Shown here piece after piece: positions 1 through 9,307 of a DNA stretch of 64,000 nucleotides. The notes beneath the pieces were generated by a model, which made no database searches, was not told the DNA's origin, and saw only the letters and a program-made list of their open reading frames with translations. The stretch is from Candidatus Methylomirabilia bacterium. Its GTDB lineage: Bacteria > Methylomirabilota > Methylomirabilia > Rokubacteriales > CSP1-6. The position numbers were made by a program, and so were the translations under genes. Position 1 is the stretch's first letter. Each line of letters opens with the position of its first letter. The stretch covers positions 222-64,221 of the forward strand of contig JBGQEL010000006.1 of assembly GCA_041496385.1 (NCBI GenBank), read 5' to 3'.

Positions 1-106
1 CGCACTGCGCGAGGAACACCTGGCGTCCGCGCTCGGCACTCGGCGAGAGCTGCTGCCGGTCGCAGGCGGCCAGCGTCAGGACGGCGAGCAGCAGCGCGGC
101 GGCGAG
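1..106 (-). CDS. Partial lipoprotein or c-type cytochrome N-terminus; the gene continues beyond the window start
   Basis: The minus-strand translation reads (GTG)LLAAALLLAVLTLAAC-DRQQLSPSAERGRQVFLAQC..., which is a lipoprotein-type signal peptide followed by the start of a mature domain. It is cut off by the window edge and lies in the same orientation as the rubrerythrin/DUF3501 operon. Confidence 0.3.
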
Positions 107-131
107 CAGCACTCTCGACAGGCCGGGCACG

Positions 132-713
132 CTACGCGAGGTCCTCCCGCAGGCTCCGCTTCGTCTCCTCGGACAGCACGGCCCGTGCGCGCTCGTTCGG
201 GTGCTCCACGACGAGCGCGACCTCGGCGGCCGTGAAGATGCGTCGCGCCTCGGGCGGGAGCGCGAAGCGCGCGAAGTGGACCGCGGAGAGCTTGCCACGC
301 TCCTCGTCGGAGTGGCCCGTCTCGAAGTCGCCCACGATGACGTGGGGGCCGACCGTCAGCGTCACGTAGTCGCGCGTGTCGATGCCCAGCAGCTTGTCGA
401 GCACGGGCTTGATCTGCGACGGCTCGGTGATCTCGATCAGCATCGTCGCCGCCAGCTCGCCCGGCCGCGGGAGAAGCGAGTTGTAGACCTCGACCTCCTC
501 GGCGATCTTCGTCTCGTCCACGAGCCGCTCGGCCCTGACCATCTCCTGGATCTGGAACCACACGGTCTCGCGGTTCTCGAACACGAAGTTGAGATAGCGC
601 CCCACCTGGACCCGACGCGGCCGCTTCAGCTCGATGATCTGGCGCCGCCGGGCCTCGCGGACCTTCTCGTACTCCACCAGGTTCAGGATCTCGGACGTCT
701 CCAAGAGCTTCAC
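132..713 (-). CDS. DUF3501 family protein
   Basis: A 193-aa ORF with a clean start. The sequence (MKLLETSEILNLVEYEKVREARRRQIIELKRP...) matches the DUF3501 family, which commonly sits next to HdrD-like Fe-S proteins and rubrerythrin. It lies 4 nt downstream of the upstream gene. Confidence 0.75.
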   Translation of the reverse strand: MKLLETSEILNLVEYEKVREARRRQIIELKRPRRVQVGRYLNFVFENRETVWFQIQEMVRAERLVDETKIAEEVEVYNSLLPRPGELAATMLIEITEPSQIKPVLDKLLGIDTRDYVTLTVGPHVIVGDFETGHSDEERGKLSAVHFARFALPPEARRIFTAAEVALVVEHPNERARAVLSEETKRSLREDLA

Positions 714-717
714 CGCG

Positions 718-2064
718 TCACTCCTCGAGTCCGTAGGCCTCGGCCAGCACCCGGATCGGGTGCTTCGCCGGTCGCCCCGTTCCCTGCTCGATCTGCAGCC
801 CCGCCAGCGGGCAGTCGGTCGACGGCGTCGCGGCGCCGCCGCTCTCGACCGCGTCGAAGAGTGGCTTCGCCAGCTTCATCGACAGCTCGTAGTACTCTTT
901 CTTGAAGCCCCACGTCCCGTCCACCGCTGAGCATTTCTCGACGACGTTCACCGAGCAGCCGGGGATGAGCCTCAGCACCTCGGCCGACTTCACGCCGATG
1001 TTCTGGGCGCGCAGGTGGCAGGGCACGTGGTACGTGACGGCGCCGCCCGGTCTGGTGAAATTCGTGTCGAGCCGGCCCTCGGCGTGGAGCTTCGCCAGGT
1101 ACTCGAAGAGGTCGCGCGTGTTCGCCGCGACGAGCTTCGCGTCCTCCCCGCCGTCGAGCCACGGGTACTCCTGCTTGAGCATGTAGCTGCACGTCGGCCC
1201 CGGCACGACGATCTCGCGCCCCTCGCGGACCGCCGCCGCGAGGCTCCGCACGTTCTCCTTGATCAGCGCCTTCGCCTCGTCCACGGCGCCGCCGTCGAGG
1301 TAGGGCATGCCGCAGCAGCGCTGCGCCGGTACCGACACGTCGACGCCGTTCCGCTCGAGCACGCGCACCGCCGCCCGCCCGGTGGCGGGGTCGTTGTAGT
1401 CCACCGTGCACGTATGAAAGAGCGCGACTTTGTAAGCGGCGGGCACCCGGGCTGGCGCCACGCCCGCCGCGCTCGCGCGCTCCCCGGACGCCGCCACGCC
1501 CGCCGCTTTTACGCGTGCCGCGGACTCCCCGCGCCGGGTCCGTCGCCTGAACCAGGAACTGAACGTCTCCCGGTGGAACTTCGGGAGGTTGCGATCCTTG
1601 TGGATCCCGGTGACCGCCTGCATGAAGGCGCGGTGCACCGCCAGCTCGTTCATCCAGTTCGAGAGCGGTGCCGCGAGGCTTCCCAGCTTGCCGACGAGCT
1701 CGGTGTTACCCAGCATCCTGTCCTGCCGGGTCACGCCGCGCCGCCGGGATTCGGCGGCCCGCGCGCGCAGCATCAGGCGCGGGAAGTCCACCTCCCACCG
1801 GTGCGGCGCGGTGTACGGGCAGTGGTTGAAGCAGAGCTTGCACTGATAGCAGAGATCGACGACTTCCTTGACGTCGGCCGCGGGCAGCTTCTCGACGTCG
1901 CCATCCACCGCGTCGACGTCCAGGCGGTCGAAGAGCACCTTGAACGAGGGGCAGAGCGGCAGGCAACGCCGGCAGCCGGAGCAGATGTCGTAGACTCTCC
2001 GCAGCTCCGTATCGACGGCCGACGGATCCCAGAACTCCGGCGACTTCAGATCGAGCGTTCCCAT
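718..2064 (-). CDS. (Fe-S)-binding protein, heterodisulfide reductase subunit D / GlcF-like, with CCG domains
   Basis: The N-terminus MGTLDLKSPEFWDP...CSGCRRCLPLCPSF carries a 4Fe-4S Cys motif, followed by a second C-x2-C-x2-C...CP motif and a CCGMPYLDGG (CCG domain). The start was chosen at the internal ATG at 2062-2064, because the track's longer ORF has an Arg/Ser-rich extension that is a GC artefact. Confidence 0.8.
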   Translation of the reverse strand: MGTLDLKSPEFWDPSAVDTELRRVYDICSGCRRCLPLCPSFKVLFDRLDVDAVDGDVEKLPAADVKEVVDLCYQCKLCFNHCPYTAPHRWEVDFPRLMLRARAAESRRRGVTRQDRMLGNTELVGKLGSLAAPLSNWMNELAVHRAFMQAVTGIHKDRNLPKFHRETFSSWFRRRTRRGESAARVKAAGVAASGERASAAGVAPARVPAAYKVALFHTCTVDYNDPATGRAAVRVLERNGVDVSVPAQRCCGMPYLDGGAVDEAKALIKENVRSLAAAVREGREIVVPGPTCSYMLKQEYPWLDGGEDAKLVAANTRDLFEYLAKLHAEGRLDTNFTRPGGAVTYHVPCHLRAQNIGVKSAEVLRLIPGCSVNVVEKCSAVDGTWGFKKEYYELSMKLAKPLFDAVESGGAATPSTDCPLAGLQIEQGTGRPAKHPIRVLAEAYGLEE

Positions 2065-2131
2065 GGTCGCGCGCGGGCGATGTCGCCTCGGCGCGGGGTC
2101 GGATGCGGTCATCCGGCCCCGCCCTGGCGAG

Positions 2132-2581
2132 CTAGATCGCTTCTGCGGGGTCCTTGCCTGCGATCTGCGTGAGGCCCTTGCTGAACCGGCCGGCGTGCGA
2201 CTTCTCCGCCTTCGCGAGCGTCTCGAACCACTCGGCGAGCTCGGCGAAGCCTTCGTCACGCGCCGTCTTCGCCATGCCCGGATACATCTGCGTGTACTCG
2301 TACGTCTCGCCGGTGACGGCCGACTTCAGATTCTTCTCCGTCTTGCCGATCGGCTCGCCCGTCACCGGGTCGCCGACCTCTTTGAGGAAGTCGAGATGAC
2401 CGAAGGCGTGGCCCGTCTCGGCGTCGGCCGTGTCCTTGAAGAGGCCCGCGATGTCCGGAAAGCCCTCGATGTCCGCGACGCGCGCGAAGTAGAGGTACCG
2501 GCGGTTCGCCTGCGACTCGCCGGCGAACGCCTCCTTGAGGTTCTCGAAGCTCTTGGTGCCCTTGAGGTTCTTGCCTGCCAT
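2132..2581 (-). CDS. Rubrerythrin-family diiron protein without a rubredoxin domain
   Basis: A 149-aa protein with four E..E/H ferritin-like ligand motifs ([41 protein letters not shown]). There is no C-terminal CxxC rubredoxin module. Confidence 0.85.
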   Translation of the reverse strand: MAGKNLKGTKSFENLKEAFAGESQANRRYLYFARVADIEGFPDIAGLFKDTADAETGHAFGHLDFLKEVGDPVTGEPIGKTEKNLKSAVTGETYEYTQMYPGMAKTARDEGFAELAEWFETLAKAEKSHAGRFSKGLTQIAGKDPAEAI

Positions 2582-2584
2582 GTG

Positions 2585-3034
2585 TCAGCTCCTCCTTTGC
2601 CCTTTCGGGGACGTTCGACCGCCGCGCCGGCGGCAGCCGCCGCAGCGGCCGTAGTACTCGGTGCGCTGGTTCAGGACTTCGAAGCCCGTGTGCGCCGCGA
2701 CCCGCGCGCGTTCGACCCGCCCTCGGCGCGCCGGCACATCGTAGATCCGGCCGCACGCGAGGCACGTGAAGTGATCGTGGGGCGCGATGTTGCCGTCGAA
2801 GCGCACGCCGACCGCGTCCGCGCGCTCGTTCAGGAATCCCTCGCCGGCCAGTACGCGCAGGTTGCGGTAGACGGTCGCGAGGCTCACCCGCGGAAGTCGT
2901 CGCCGCACGCGGCGATACACGAACGCGGCGGTCGGGTGGACGTCGGTCGCGCGGACGACGTCGAGGATGAGGCGCCGGGGCTTCGTGAGCCGAAGCCCGC
3001 GCGCCCGCAGCGTGTCGTCGCCGGCGCCCGCCAT
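2585..3034 (-). CDS. Fur family transcriptional regulator (PerR-like)
   Basis: A 150-aa protein starting MAGAGDDTLRARGLRLTKPRRLILDVV... with HDHFTCLACGRIYDV, which is the Fur-family DNA-binding and metal-site pattern. It is the first gene of the operon, ahead of rubrerythrin. Confidence 0.8.
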   Translation of the reverse strand: MAGAGDDTLRARGLRLTKPRRLILDVVRATDVHPTAAFVYRRVRRRLPRVSLATVYRNLRVLAGEGFLNERADAVGVRFDGNIAPHDHFTCLACGRIYDVPARRGRVERARVAAHTGFEVLNQRTEYYGRCGGCRRRGGRTSPKGQRRS

Positions 3035-3043
3035 CGCGCCAGG

Positions 3044-3068
3044 GTTGTTTTTAGTAATCATTCTCAAC
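3044..3068. promoter_or_regulatory. Fur/PerR-box-like AT-rich element: TTGTTgagaatgattactaaaAACAA inverted repeat with GAnAAT-type hexamers
   Basis: This is the only AT-rich stretch in the 3.0-3.2 kb intergenic region. It lies between the -10 and the ATG of the fur-like gene and upstream of the divergent uvrA. The outer arms TTGTT/AACAA are complementary, and the core GAGAATGATTACTAA resembles Fur-box hexamer repeats. Confidence 0.4.
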
Positions 3069-3080
3069 AAGCACGAGCGC

Positions 3081-3109
3081 AGTCTACCGGGCGGCCGCGC
3101 GCGTGTCAA
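3081..3109 (-). promoter_or_regulatory. Sigma70-type promoter for the perR-rubrerythrin operon: -35 TTGACA, 17-nt spacer, -10 TAGACT on the minus strand
   Basis: The reverse complement reads cTTGACAcgcgcgcggccgcccggTAGACTgcgc. This is a perfect -35 hexamer, a 17-nt spacer and a -10 hexamer with 4/6 matches. Confidence 0.5.
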
Positions 3110-3178
3110 GCGCGGCGCCGCACGCTGGCGCCGTGGCGCCCGTTCCAGTAGACTACCCACCTCAGGAGGACAGCTCGA

Positions 3179-5965
3179 ATGGCCCAGCCCCCCGGGCTCC
3201 TGATTCGTGGAGCCCGCCAGAACAACCTCAAGAACATCTCGCTCGAGATTCCCCACGACAAGCTCACCGTCGTCACCGGCGTGTCGGGCTCGGGCAAGTC
3301 GTCGCTGGCGTTCGACACGCTCTTCGCCGAGGGCCAGTGGCGCTACATCGAGTCGCTCTCCACCTACGCGCGGATGTTCCTGGACCGCGTCGACCGTCCG
3401 GACGTGGACCGCATCGAGCATATCCGCCCCGCCGTCGCGCTGGAGCAGAAGAACCCGGTCCGGACGGCGCGCTCCACGGTCGGCACCGCCACCGAGGTCT
3501 ACGACTACCTGCGCCTGCTCTACGCGAAGATCGGCCGGGTCCACTGCCCCCGGTGCGGCTCGCCCGCGGCCTCGCACTCGCCCGACTCGATCGTGAGCGC
3601 GCTCCTGGCCGAGCATCCCGGCGCCCGGGCGCTGATCACGTTCGGCCTGTCCGTGCCGGCGGGCCTGCCGCCCGCGGAGCTCTGGGCCGGCCTCACCCGG
3701 CGCGGCTTCGCCCGGGTGCGCGTGAACGGCGCCATCCTCGATCTGACGTCCCCGCCGCCCGCGGACTTCGGCGAGCACAAGGAGATCTCGGTCGTCCTCG
3801 ACCGCGTCGTGCTCGAATCGTCGCATCGCGCGCGGATCGCCGAGTCGGTCGAGGCGGCGCTGCGCGAGGGCGGCGGGCAGGTCGAGGTCGAGGTGCTCGG
3901 CCACGGCAGCCGCGCGTTCGCCGAGGACTACCGGTGCAGCGGGTGCGGGACGCTCCTCGAGCGCCCCCAGCCGCTCCTCTTCTCGTTCAACCACCCGCTC
4001 GGCGCCTGTCCCGAGTGCAAGGGGTTCGGCAACGTGCTCAAGTACGACGAGGCCCTCGTCGTGCCCGACCGCGCGCGGACGCTCGCCGAGGGCGCGGTCG
4101 AGCCGTGGACGCACCCGTCGGGCAAGTGGTACCAGAAGGAGCTGATCAAGGCCGCGCGCCGCCGGAAGATCGACCCCGACACGCCCTGGGAGAAGCTCGG
4201 GGACAAGGCGCGCCGGGTCGTCTACGACGGCGACGGAAGCTTCCCCGGCATCACGGGCTTCTTCGAGGAGATCGAGTCCTATCGCTACAAGCTCCACGTG
4301 CGGGTGTTCCTCTCCCGCTACCGGAGCCAGTCCCGCTGCCAGACGTGCCGTGGCGCCCGCCTCAAGCCCGCGGCGCTCGCGGTGCGCGTCGCGGGTCTCA
4401 CGATCTCCGAGTTCACCGCGCTCACGATCGAGGGCGCGTCGCGTCTGCTGGCCGATCTCAAGCTCACCGCGTGGGAGGCGGTCGTCGCGCGCGAGATCAT
4501 GCGCCAGCTGACCGCGAAGCTGACGTTCCTCCTGCGCGTGGGCCTCGGCTACCTCACGCTCTCGCGCCAGACGCGCACCCTGTCCGGCGGAGAGGCGCAG
4601 CGGATCAACCTGGCCAACCAGCTCGGCTCGCAGCTCGTCGGCACCCTCTACGTCCTCGACGAGCCCTCGATCGGCCTCCACCCCCGGGACACGATGCGGC
4701 TCGTGGATCTCTGCCGGGAGCTGGCGCAGGCGGGCAACACCGTCGTCGTCGTCGAGCACGACCGTGAGTTCATCGCCGCCGCCGACCACGTCGTCGAGCT
4801 GGGGCCCGGCTCCGGCGACCGGGGCGGCGAGATCGTCTTCAGCGGCCCGCAGGCCGAGTTCCAGAAGGCGACGCGTTCGCTGACCGCCCGGTACGTCACG
4901 GGGCGCGAATCGATTCCGGTGCCGCTGTTCCGGCGGAGCGGGCGGCGCCATCTGTCGCTCGCGGGCGCGCGCGAGCACAACCTCAAGGGCGTGACCCTCC
5001 GGATCCCGCTCCACACGCTCACCGTGGTCACGGGCGTCTCGGGCTCCGGCAAGTCCACGCTCGTGCGCGACACGCTCTACCGGGCGGTCGCGCGCGCCTT
5101 CAAGACGGAGTTCGCGCCGCCGGGCGCGTACGACGCGCTCGCCGGCCTCGAGTACCTGAAGGGCGCGCGGCTGATCGATCAGGAGCCGATCGGCCGCACG
5201 CCGCGTTCGAACCCCGTCACCTACGTGAAGGCCTTCGACGAGATCCGGAAGCTCTTCGCCGCGCTGCCGCGCGCGCAGGCGCTGGGCCTCGACGCCGGCG
5301 CCTTCTCGTTCAACGTGCCGGGCGGCCGCTGCGAGTCGTGCCAGGGCGACGGGTTCCAGAAGCTCGAGATGTACTTCTTCGAGGACGTCTACGTCAGCTG
5401 CCAGGAGTGCGAGGGGCGCCGTTACCGTCCCGACGTGCTCGGCGTGAAGCACCGCGGGCGCTCGATCAGCGACGTGCTCCAGATGACGGTCGACGACGCC
5501 GTCGAGTTCTTCGCGGCGCAGGGCGCGCTGGCGCGCCGCCTACGCGTGCTGCAGGACGTGGGCCTCGGCTACCTGCGGCTCGGCCAGCCGGCGACGACGC
5601 TCTCGGGCGGCGAGGCGCAACGGCTCAAGATCGCCGCCGAGCTCGGCGCGCGCGAGTCGGGCGAGATGCTCTACATCATGGACGAGCCGACGACGGGCCT
5701 GCATCTCGACGACGTCAAGAAGCTCCTCGGCGTGCTCAACCGCCTGGTGGACGCGGGGAACACGCTCCTTGTCGTCGAGCACCATCTCGACGTCATCAAG
5801 TCGGCCGACCACGTCGTCGACCTCGGCCCCGAGGGCGGCGAGGAGGGCGGTGACATCGTCGCGGAAGGCACGCCCGAGGCGGTCGCCCAGACGCCGGGGT
5901 CCTACACGGGCAAGTTCCTCGCGGAGGTCCTCCCGAAGCTCAACGGCAAGAACGGGCGCGCCTGA
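3179..5965 (+). CDS. uvrA: Excinuclease ABC subunit A
   Basis: A 928-aa protein with [25 protein letters not shown] and CxxC zinc modules, and a second Walker [15 protein letters not shown]. An AGGAGG ribosome-binding site lies 7 nt upstream of the ATG. Confidence 0.95.
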   Translation: MAQPPGLLIRGARQNNLKNISLEIPHDKLTVVTGVSGSGKSSLAFDTLFAEGQWRYIESLSTYARMFLDRVDRPDVDRIEHIRPAVALEQKNPVRTARSTVGTATEVYDYLRLLYAKIGRVHCPRCGSPAASHSPDSIVSALLAEHPGARALITFGLSVPAGLPPAELWAGLTRRGFARVRVNGAILDLTSPPPADFGEHKEISVVLDRVVLESSHRARIAESVEAALREGGGQVEVEVLGHGSRAFAEDYRCSGCGTLLERPQPLLFSFNHPLGACPECKGFGNVLKYDEALVVPDRARTLAEGAVEPWTHPSGKWYQKELIKAARRRKIDPDTPWEKLGDKARRVVYDGDGSFPGITGFFEEIESYRYKLHVRVFLSRYRSQSRCQTCRGARLKPAALAVRVAGLTISEFTALTIEGASRLLADLKLTAWEAVVAREIMRQLTAKLTFLLRVGLGYLTLSRQTRTLSGGEAQRINLANQLGSQLVGTLYVLDEPSIGLHPRDTMRLVDLCRELAQAGNTVVVVEHDREFIAAADHVVELGPGSGDRGGEIVFSGPQAEFQKATRSLTARYVTGRESIPVPLFRRSGRRHLSLAGAREHNLKGVTLRIPLHTLTVVTGVSGSGKSTLVRDTLYRAVARAFKTEFAPPGAYDALAGLEYLKGARLIDQEPIGRTPRSNPVTYVKAFDEIRKLFAALPRAQALGLDAGAFSFNVPGGRCESCQGDGFQKLEMYFFEDVYVSCQECEGRRYRPDVLGVKHRGRSISDVLQMTVDDAVEFFAAQGALARRLRVLQDVGLGYLRLGQPATTLSGGEAQRLKIAAELGARESGEMLYIMDEPTTGLHLDDVKKLLGVLNRLVDAGNTLLVVEHHLDVIKSADHVVDLGPEGGEEGGDIVAEGTPEAVAQTPGSYTGKFLAEVLPKLNGKNGRA

Positions 5966-5967
5966 GC

Positions 5968-7179
5968 GTGCCCGCGTTTCGCGGCTGGATCATCGTCGCG
6001 GGCGCGTTCCTCGTCTTCTTCTCGGCCTACGGCGCGCAGTACTCATTCGGCGTGTTCTTCTCCGCGCTGCTGGACGAGTTCCACTGGAGCCGTGCGAGCC
6101 TCGCCGGCGTCTTCTCGCTCTACGCGCTCCTCTATCCCGTCGTGGGGTTCCCGGCGGGCCGGCTCACCGATCGCTGGGGGCCGCGCGCCGTGATCGCCAC
6201 CGGCGCGATCTTCCTCGGTGTGGGGCTCGCCGGCATGTCGCTGGTCACCCGGCTCTGGCAGCCCTACGTGCTCTACGGCGGGATCGCGGCGCTCGGCATG
6301 GGCACGGCGTACGTGCCGTGCAGCACGACCGTCGTGAAGTGGTTCGTGCGGCGCCGCGGGCTCGCCGTCGGGATCGCCTCGAGCGGCGGGAGCGTCGGGA
6401 CGTTCGTTCTACCCCCGCTCGCCCAGGTCCTGGTGGCCGCCGTCGGCTGGCGCGCGGCCTACGTGATCTTCGGCGCGGCGATCTTCATCGTCCTGAGCCT
6501 CGTGGCGCGCCTGATGCGCCGCGATCCCGAGAGCGTCGGGCTCCACCCCGACGGCGACGCGGCACCGATCGCCGTGGATACCGTCGCGCGGGGCTGGCCG
6601 GTCCGGCGGGCCCTCCGCTCGCGCGCGTTCTGGATGCTCGGCGCCGCGTTTGCCGCAACGTGGATGCCGGTCTTCATCCCCCTCGTGCACATGGTCCCGT
6701 TCGCGCGCGACCTCGGCTACTCGCCGCTGACCGGCGCCTGGGTCGTCTCGACGCTCGGTGCCGGCGCCGTCATCGGCCGGCTCGTGATGGGCGGCGTCTC
6801 GGACCGGATCGGGCGGAAGCCGGCCATCGCCATTTCGATGGCGCTCCAGGCCGTCGGCTTTCTCGGGTTTCTCCTGGCGGGGCTCGGGCCGGCGCTGCTC
6901 TTCGGCACGGCGCTCGTCTTCGGCTACTCCTACGGCGCGACCTCGACCCTCTTTCCGGCCATCGTCGGCGACTTCTTCGGCCGCGGCCAGGCGGGCGCGC
7001 TCGTCGGCGTCCTCTTCGCGATGGCGGGATCGATGGGCGGCTGGGGGCCGCTGATCGCGGGCGCGCTCTACGACGCGACCGGCGGCTACGACCTCACGTG
7101 GCTCCTCGCCGCCGGCCTGAACGTCCTGGCCCTCCTGCTGCTCGCGCTGTCCCGGGCGCCGCGCGAGGCGCGCGCGTGA
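5968..7179 (+). CDS. MFS transporter
   Basis: A 403-aa protein with 12 predicted TM helices and an MFS signature (GRLTDRWGPR). It starts at a GTG. Confidence 0.8.
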   Translation: MPAFRGWIIVAGAFLVFFSAYGAQYSFGVFFSALLDEFHWSRASLAGVFSLYALLYPVVGFPAGRLTDRWGPRAVIATGAIFLGVGLAGMSLVTRLWQPYVLYGGIAALGMGTAYVPCSTTVVKWFVRRRGLAVGIASSGGSVGTFVLPPLAQVLVAAVGWRAAYVIFGAAIFIVLSLVARLMRRDPESVGLHPDGDAAPIAVDTVARGWPVRRALRSRAFWMLGAAFAATWMPVFIPLVHMVPFARDLGYSPLTGAWVVSTLGAGAVIGRLVMGGVSDRIGRKPAIAISMALQAVGFLGFLLAGLGPALLFGTALVFGYSYGATSTLFPAIVGDFFGRGQAGALVGVLFAMAGSMGGWGPLIAGALYDATGGYDLTWLLAAGLNVLALLLLALSRAPREARA

Positions 7180-8480
7180 GCGCCGCGCGGGCGATCGTCA
7201 TCAGCATCGACGGCCTCGCGGCCTTCTACTGGCGCGACGCCGCCGCGCGCATGCCGGGCCTGCGGGCGCTCGCCGAGCGCGGCGTCGTCGCCGACCGCAT
7301 GGAGACGGTGTTCCCGAGCACGACGTGGCCGACCCACGTGAGCCTCGTCACCGGCGTCGCGCCGGAGCGCCACGGCGTCGTCGGCAACAGCATCCTCAAC
7401 GGCGGGACCGGCGCGCGCGAGGACCTGACGGGCGATCCCGTCTACGACGCGACGGATCTCGTGCGCGCGCCGACCGTCTACGACCGTGCGCACGCCGCCG
7501 GCCTCCGCACCGCGGCGATCGACTGGCCGGCGACGCGGAACGCGCCGTCGCTCGACTTCAACCTGCCGTTCTTCAAGGATCAGGCGGTGTTCGAGTCGCA
7601 GACGTCGCGCGCCGTCTGGGCCGAGCTGCGGGCGCACGGCTACGCCGTGGACCGCCAGGGCGACTGGGCCCAGCTTCCGAGGCGCTTCCTGAAGGACGCG
7701 ATGGTGGCCGATCTCGCGGCCCACGTCTGGCGCCGTCACGCGCCTCGGCTGATGCTCCTGCACTTCCTGTGCGTCGACAGCTTCCAGCACCTCCACGGCC
7801 CGCGCTCGCCCGAGGCCTACTGGGCGATCGATTACGTGGACGGGCTCATCCGGCGGCTCCTCGACACGCTCCCGGCAAACGAGCTCGCCGAACGCACGGC
7901 GTTGTTCGTCGTCTCCGACCACGGCTTCCTGCCGGTGGAGCACGACGTCAAGATCAACGCGCGCCTGCGCCAGCTCGGTCTGCTGCGCGTCGACGCGGCG
8001 GGCCGCGTCGCGGCCGCGGAGGCGCGCTTCGTGATGAATCACGGCGCGGGCTATGTCTACTGCCGCGCCGCCGGCGATCGTCCACGCCTGGCGCGGGACC
8101 TGATCCCGGAGCTCGTCCGGCTGGAGGGCGTCGCGAACGTCTGGGCGGAGAGCGACTACGCGCACCTCGGGCTGCCGACGAGCGCGGCGAACCCCCGCGT
8201 CGGCGACCTGCTCCTCGAAGCCGTTCCCGGCTACTGCTTCGCCGACGACGCGCTCGGCGACGAGCTCGTCTGCGCGCCCCACTACCGGGGCAGCCACGGC
8301 CACCTGCCGACGCACGCCGACAACGGCGCCTTCTTTCTCGCCACGGGGCCCGGCATCGCGCGGGGGCTGACCCTGCCGGCGATCCGGAGCCGCGACGCCG
8401 GCCCGACGATCGCGCGCGTCCTCGGCCTCGCGATGGACGGGGTCGAGGGCCGGGTGCTCGACGAGATCCTCACCGTCTGA
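7176..8480 (+). CDS. Alkaline phosphatase superfamily: type I phosphodiesterase / nucleotide pyrophosphatase (ENPP-like)
   Basis: The sequence VISIDGLAAFYW...FPSTTWPTHVSLVTG...VVSDHGF matches the ENPP catalytic core. The GTG start overlaps the MFS stop (GTGA). The N-terminal 470 aa of the track ORF are a GC artefact. Confidence 0.8.
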   Translation: MSAARAIVISIDGLAAFYWRDAAARMPGLRALAERGVVADRMETVFPSTTWPTHVSLVTGVAPERHGVVGNSILNGGTGAREDLTGDPVYDATDLVRAPTVYDRAHAAGLRTAAIDWPATRNAPSLDFNLPFFKDQAVFESQTSRAVWAELRAHGYAVDRQGDWAQLPRRFLKDAMVADLAAHVWRRHAPRLMLLHFLCVDSFQHLHGPRSPEAYWAIDYVDGLIRRLLDTLPANELAERTALFVVSDHGFLPVEHDVKINARLRQLGLLRVDAAGRVAAAEARFVMNHGAGYVYCRAAGDRPRLARDLIPELVRLEGVANVWAESDYAHLGLPTSAANPRVGDLLLEAVPGYCFADDALGDELVCAPHYRGSHGHLPTHADNGAFFLATGPGIARGLTLPAIRSRDAGPTIARVLGLAMDGVEGRVLDEILTV

Positions 8481-8515
8481 ACACCGGCGCCACGGGCCTG
8501 CTAGAATCGCGCGGG

Positions 8516-9307
8516 ATGCCGATGGAGATCGCCGGCCTGAAGGTCGAGCGCGCGGGGCCGCGGGTGCCCGAGCGCGACCGCCCCGTCCTCTTCGTCCACG
8601 GCATGTGGGGCGGCGCGTGGATGTGGGACGACTACCTCGGCTTCTTCGCTGGGCACGGCTACACCTGCTACGCGCTGAACCTGCGCGGGCATCACGGCTC
8701 GAAGCCGGTGCCCGACGGCGGCCGCGTGCCCTTCGCCGACCACGTGACCGACGCGCGCGGCGTCGTCGCCGCGCTCGGCAACCCCATCCTCGTCGGCCAC
8801 TCGATGGGCGGCCTCCTGGTGCAGAAGCTCGCCGAGCTGCTAGACCCGCCGGCCGTGGTCGCGCTCACGCCCGCCGCGCCCCGGGGCATCCTGCCGCTCT
8901 GCACGCTGGAGCTCGCGCGGCTGTCGCTGAAGCATCTCCACGAGATGCTGCTCGCCCGGCCCGTCGTGCCGTCGTTCGATGAGGCCGAGGCGCTGCTCTT
9001 CGGCCGGATCCCGCCCGCCGAGCGCCGCAGGGCGTACGAGCGTCTCGTGCCCGAGTCGGGCCGGATGACGTTCGACATCGCCGTCCGGGGCGTGCCCGTG
9101 GCCGCCGCCCGCGTGCGGAGCCCGATGCTCGTGGTGGCGGCCCGCGAGGACCGCATCACGCCCGCGACGATGGTGCGCAAGATCGCGCGGAAGTACGGTG
9201 CCGAGCTGCGCACGTACGACGATCACGCGCACATGGTCCTGCTGGAGCCCGGCTGGGAGCTCATCGCCGGGGAGATCGTGAGCTGGCTCGAGAAGGAGGC
9301 TCGATGA
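8516..9307 (+). CDS. Alpha/beta hydrolase
   Basis: The sequence LFVHGMWGGAWMWD...VGHSMGG carries the nucleophile elbow GHSMG. The protein is 263 aa. Confidence 0.75.
   Translation: MPMEIAGLKVERAGPRVPERDRPVLFVHGMWGGAWMWDDYLGFFAGHGYTCYALNLRGHHGSKPVPDGGRVPFADHVTDARGVVAALGNPILVGHSMGGLLVQKLAELLDPPAVVALTPAAPRGILPLCTLELARLSLKHLHEMLLARPVVPSFDEAEALLFGRIPPAERRRAYERLVPESGRMTFDIAVRGVPVAAARVRSPMLVVAAREDRITPATMVRKIARKYGAELRTYDDHAHMVLLEPGWELIAGEIVSWLEKEAR

Noticed and set aside
2585-5452. A 955-aa minus-strand ORF opposite uvrA, and many similar long Arg/Ala/Pro/Gly-rich ORFs (e.g. 3103-4767 +, 48528-51794 -, 49577-51949 +, 39716-41947 -, 35019-36434 -)
   Set aside because: They have low-complexity, Arg-rich composition and lie antisense to well-supported genes. 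These are shadow ORFs expected at ~70% GC. Only the Fur-like C-terminal 150 codons of 2585-5452 are real.
5769-8480. A 903-aa ORF spanning the MFS gene in another frame
   Set aside because: Only the last 434 codons (the ENPP-like phosphodiesterase, starting at the GTG at 7176) have protein-like composition. The upstream part is an Arg/Ser/Pro-rich read-through across the real MFS gene.
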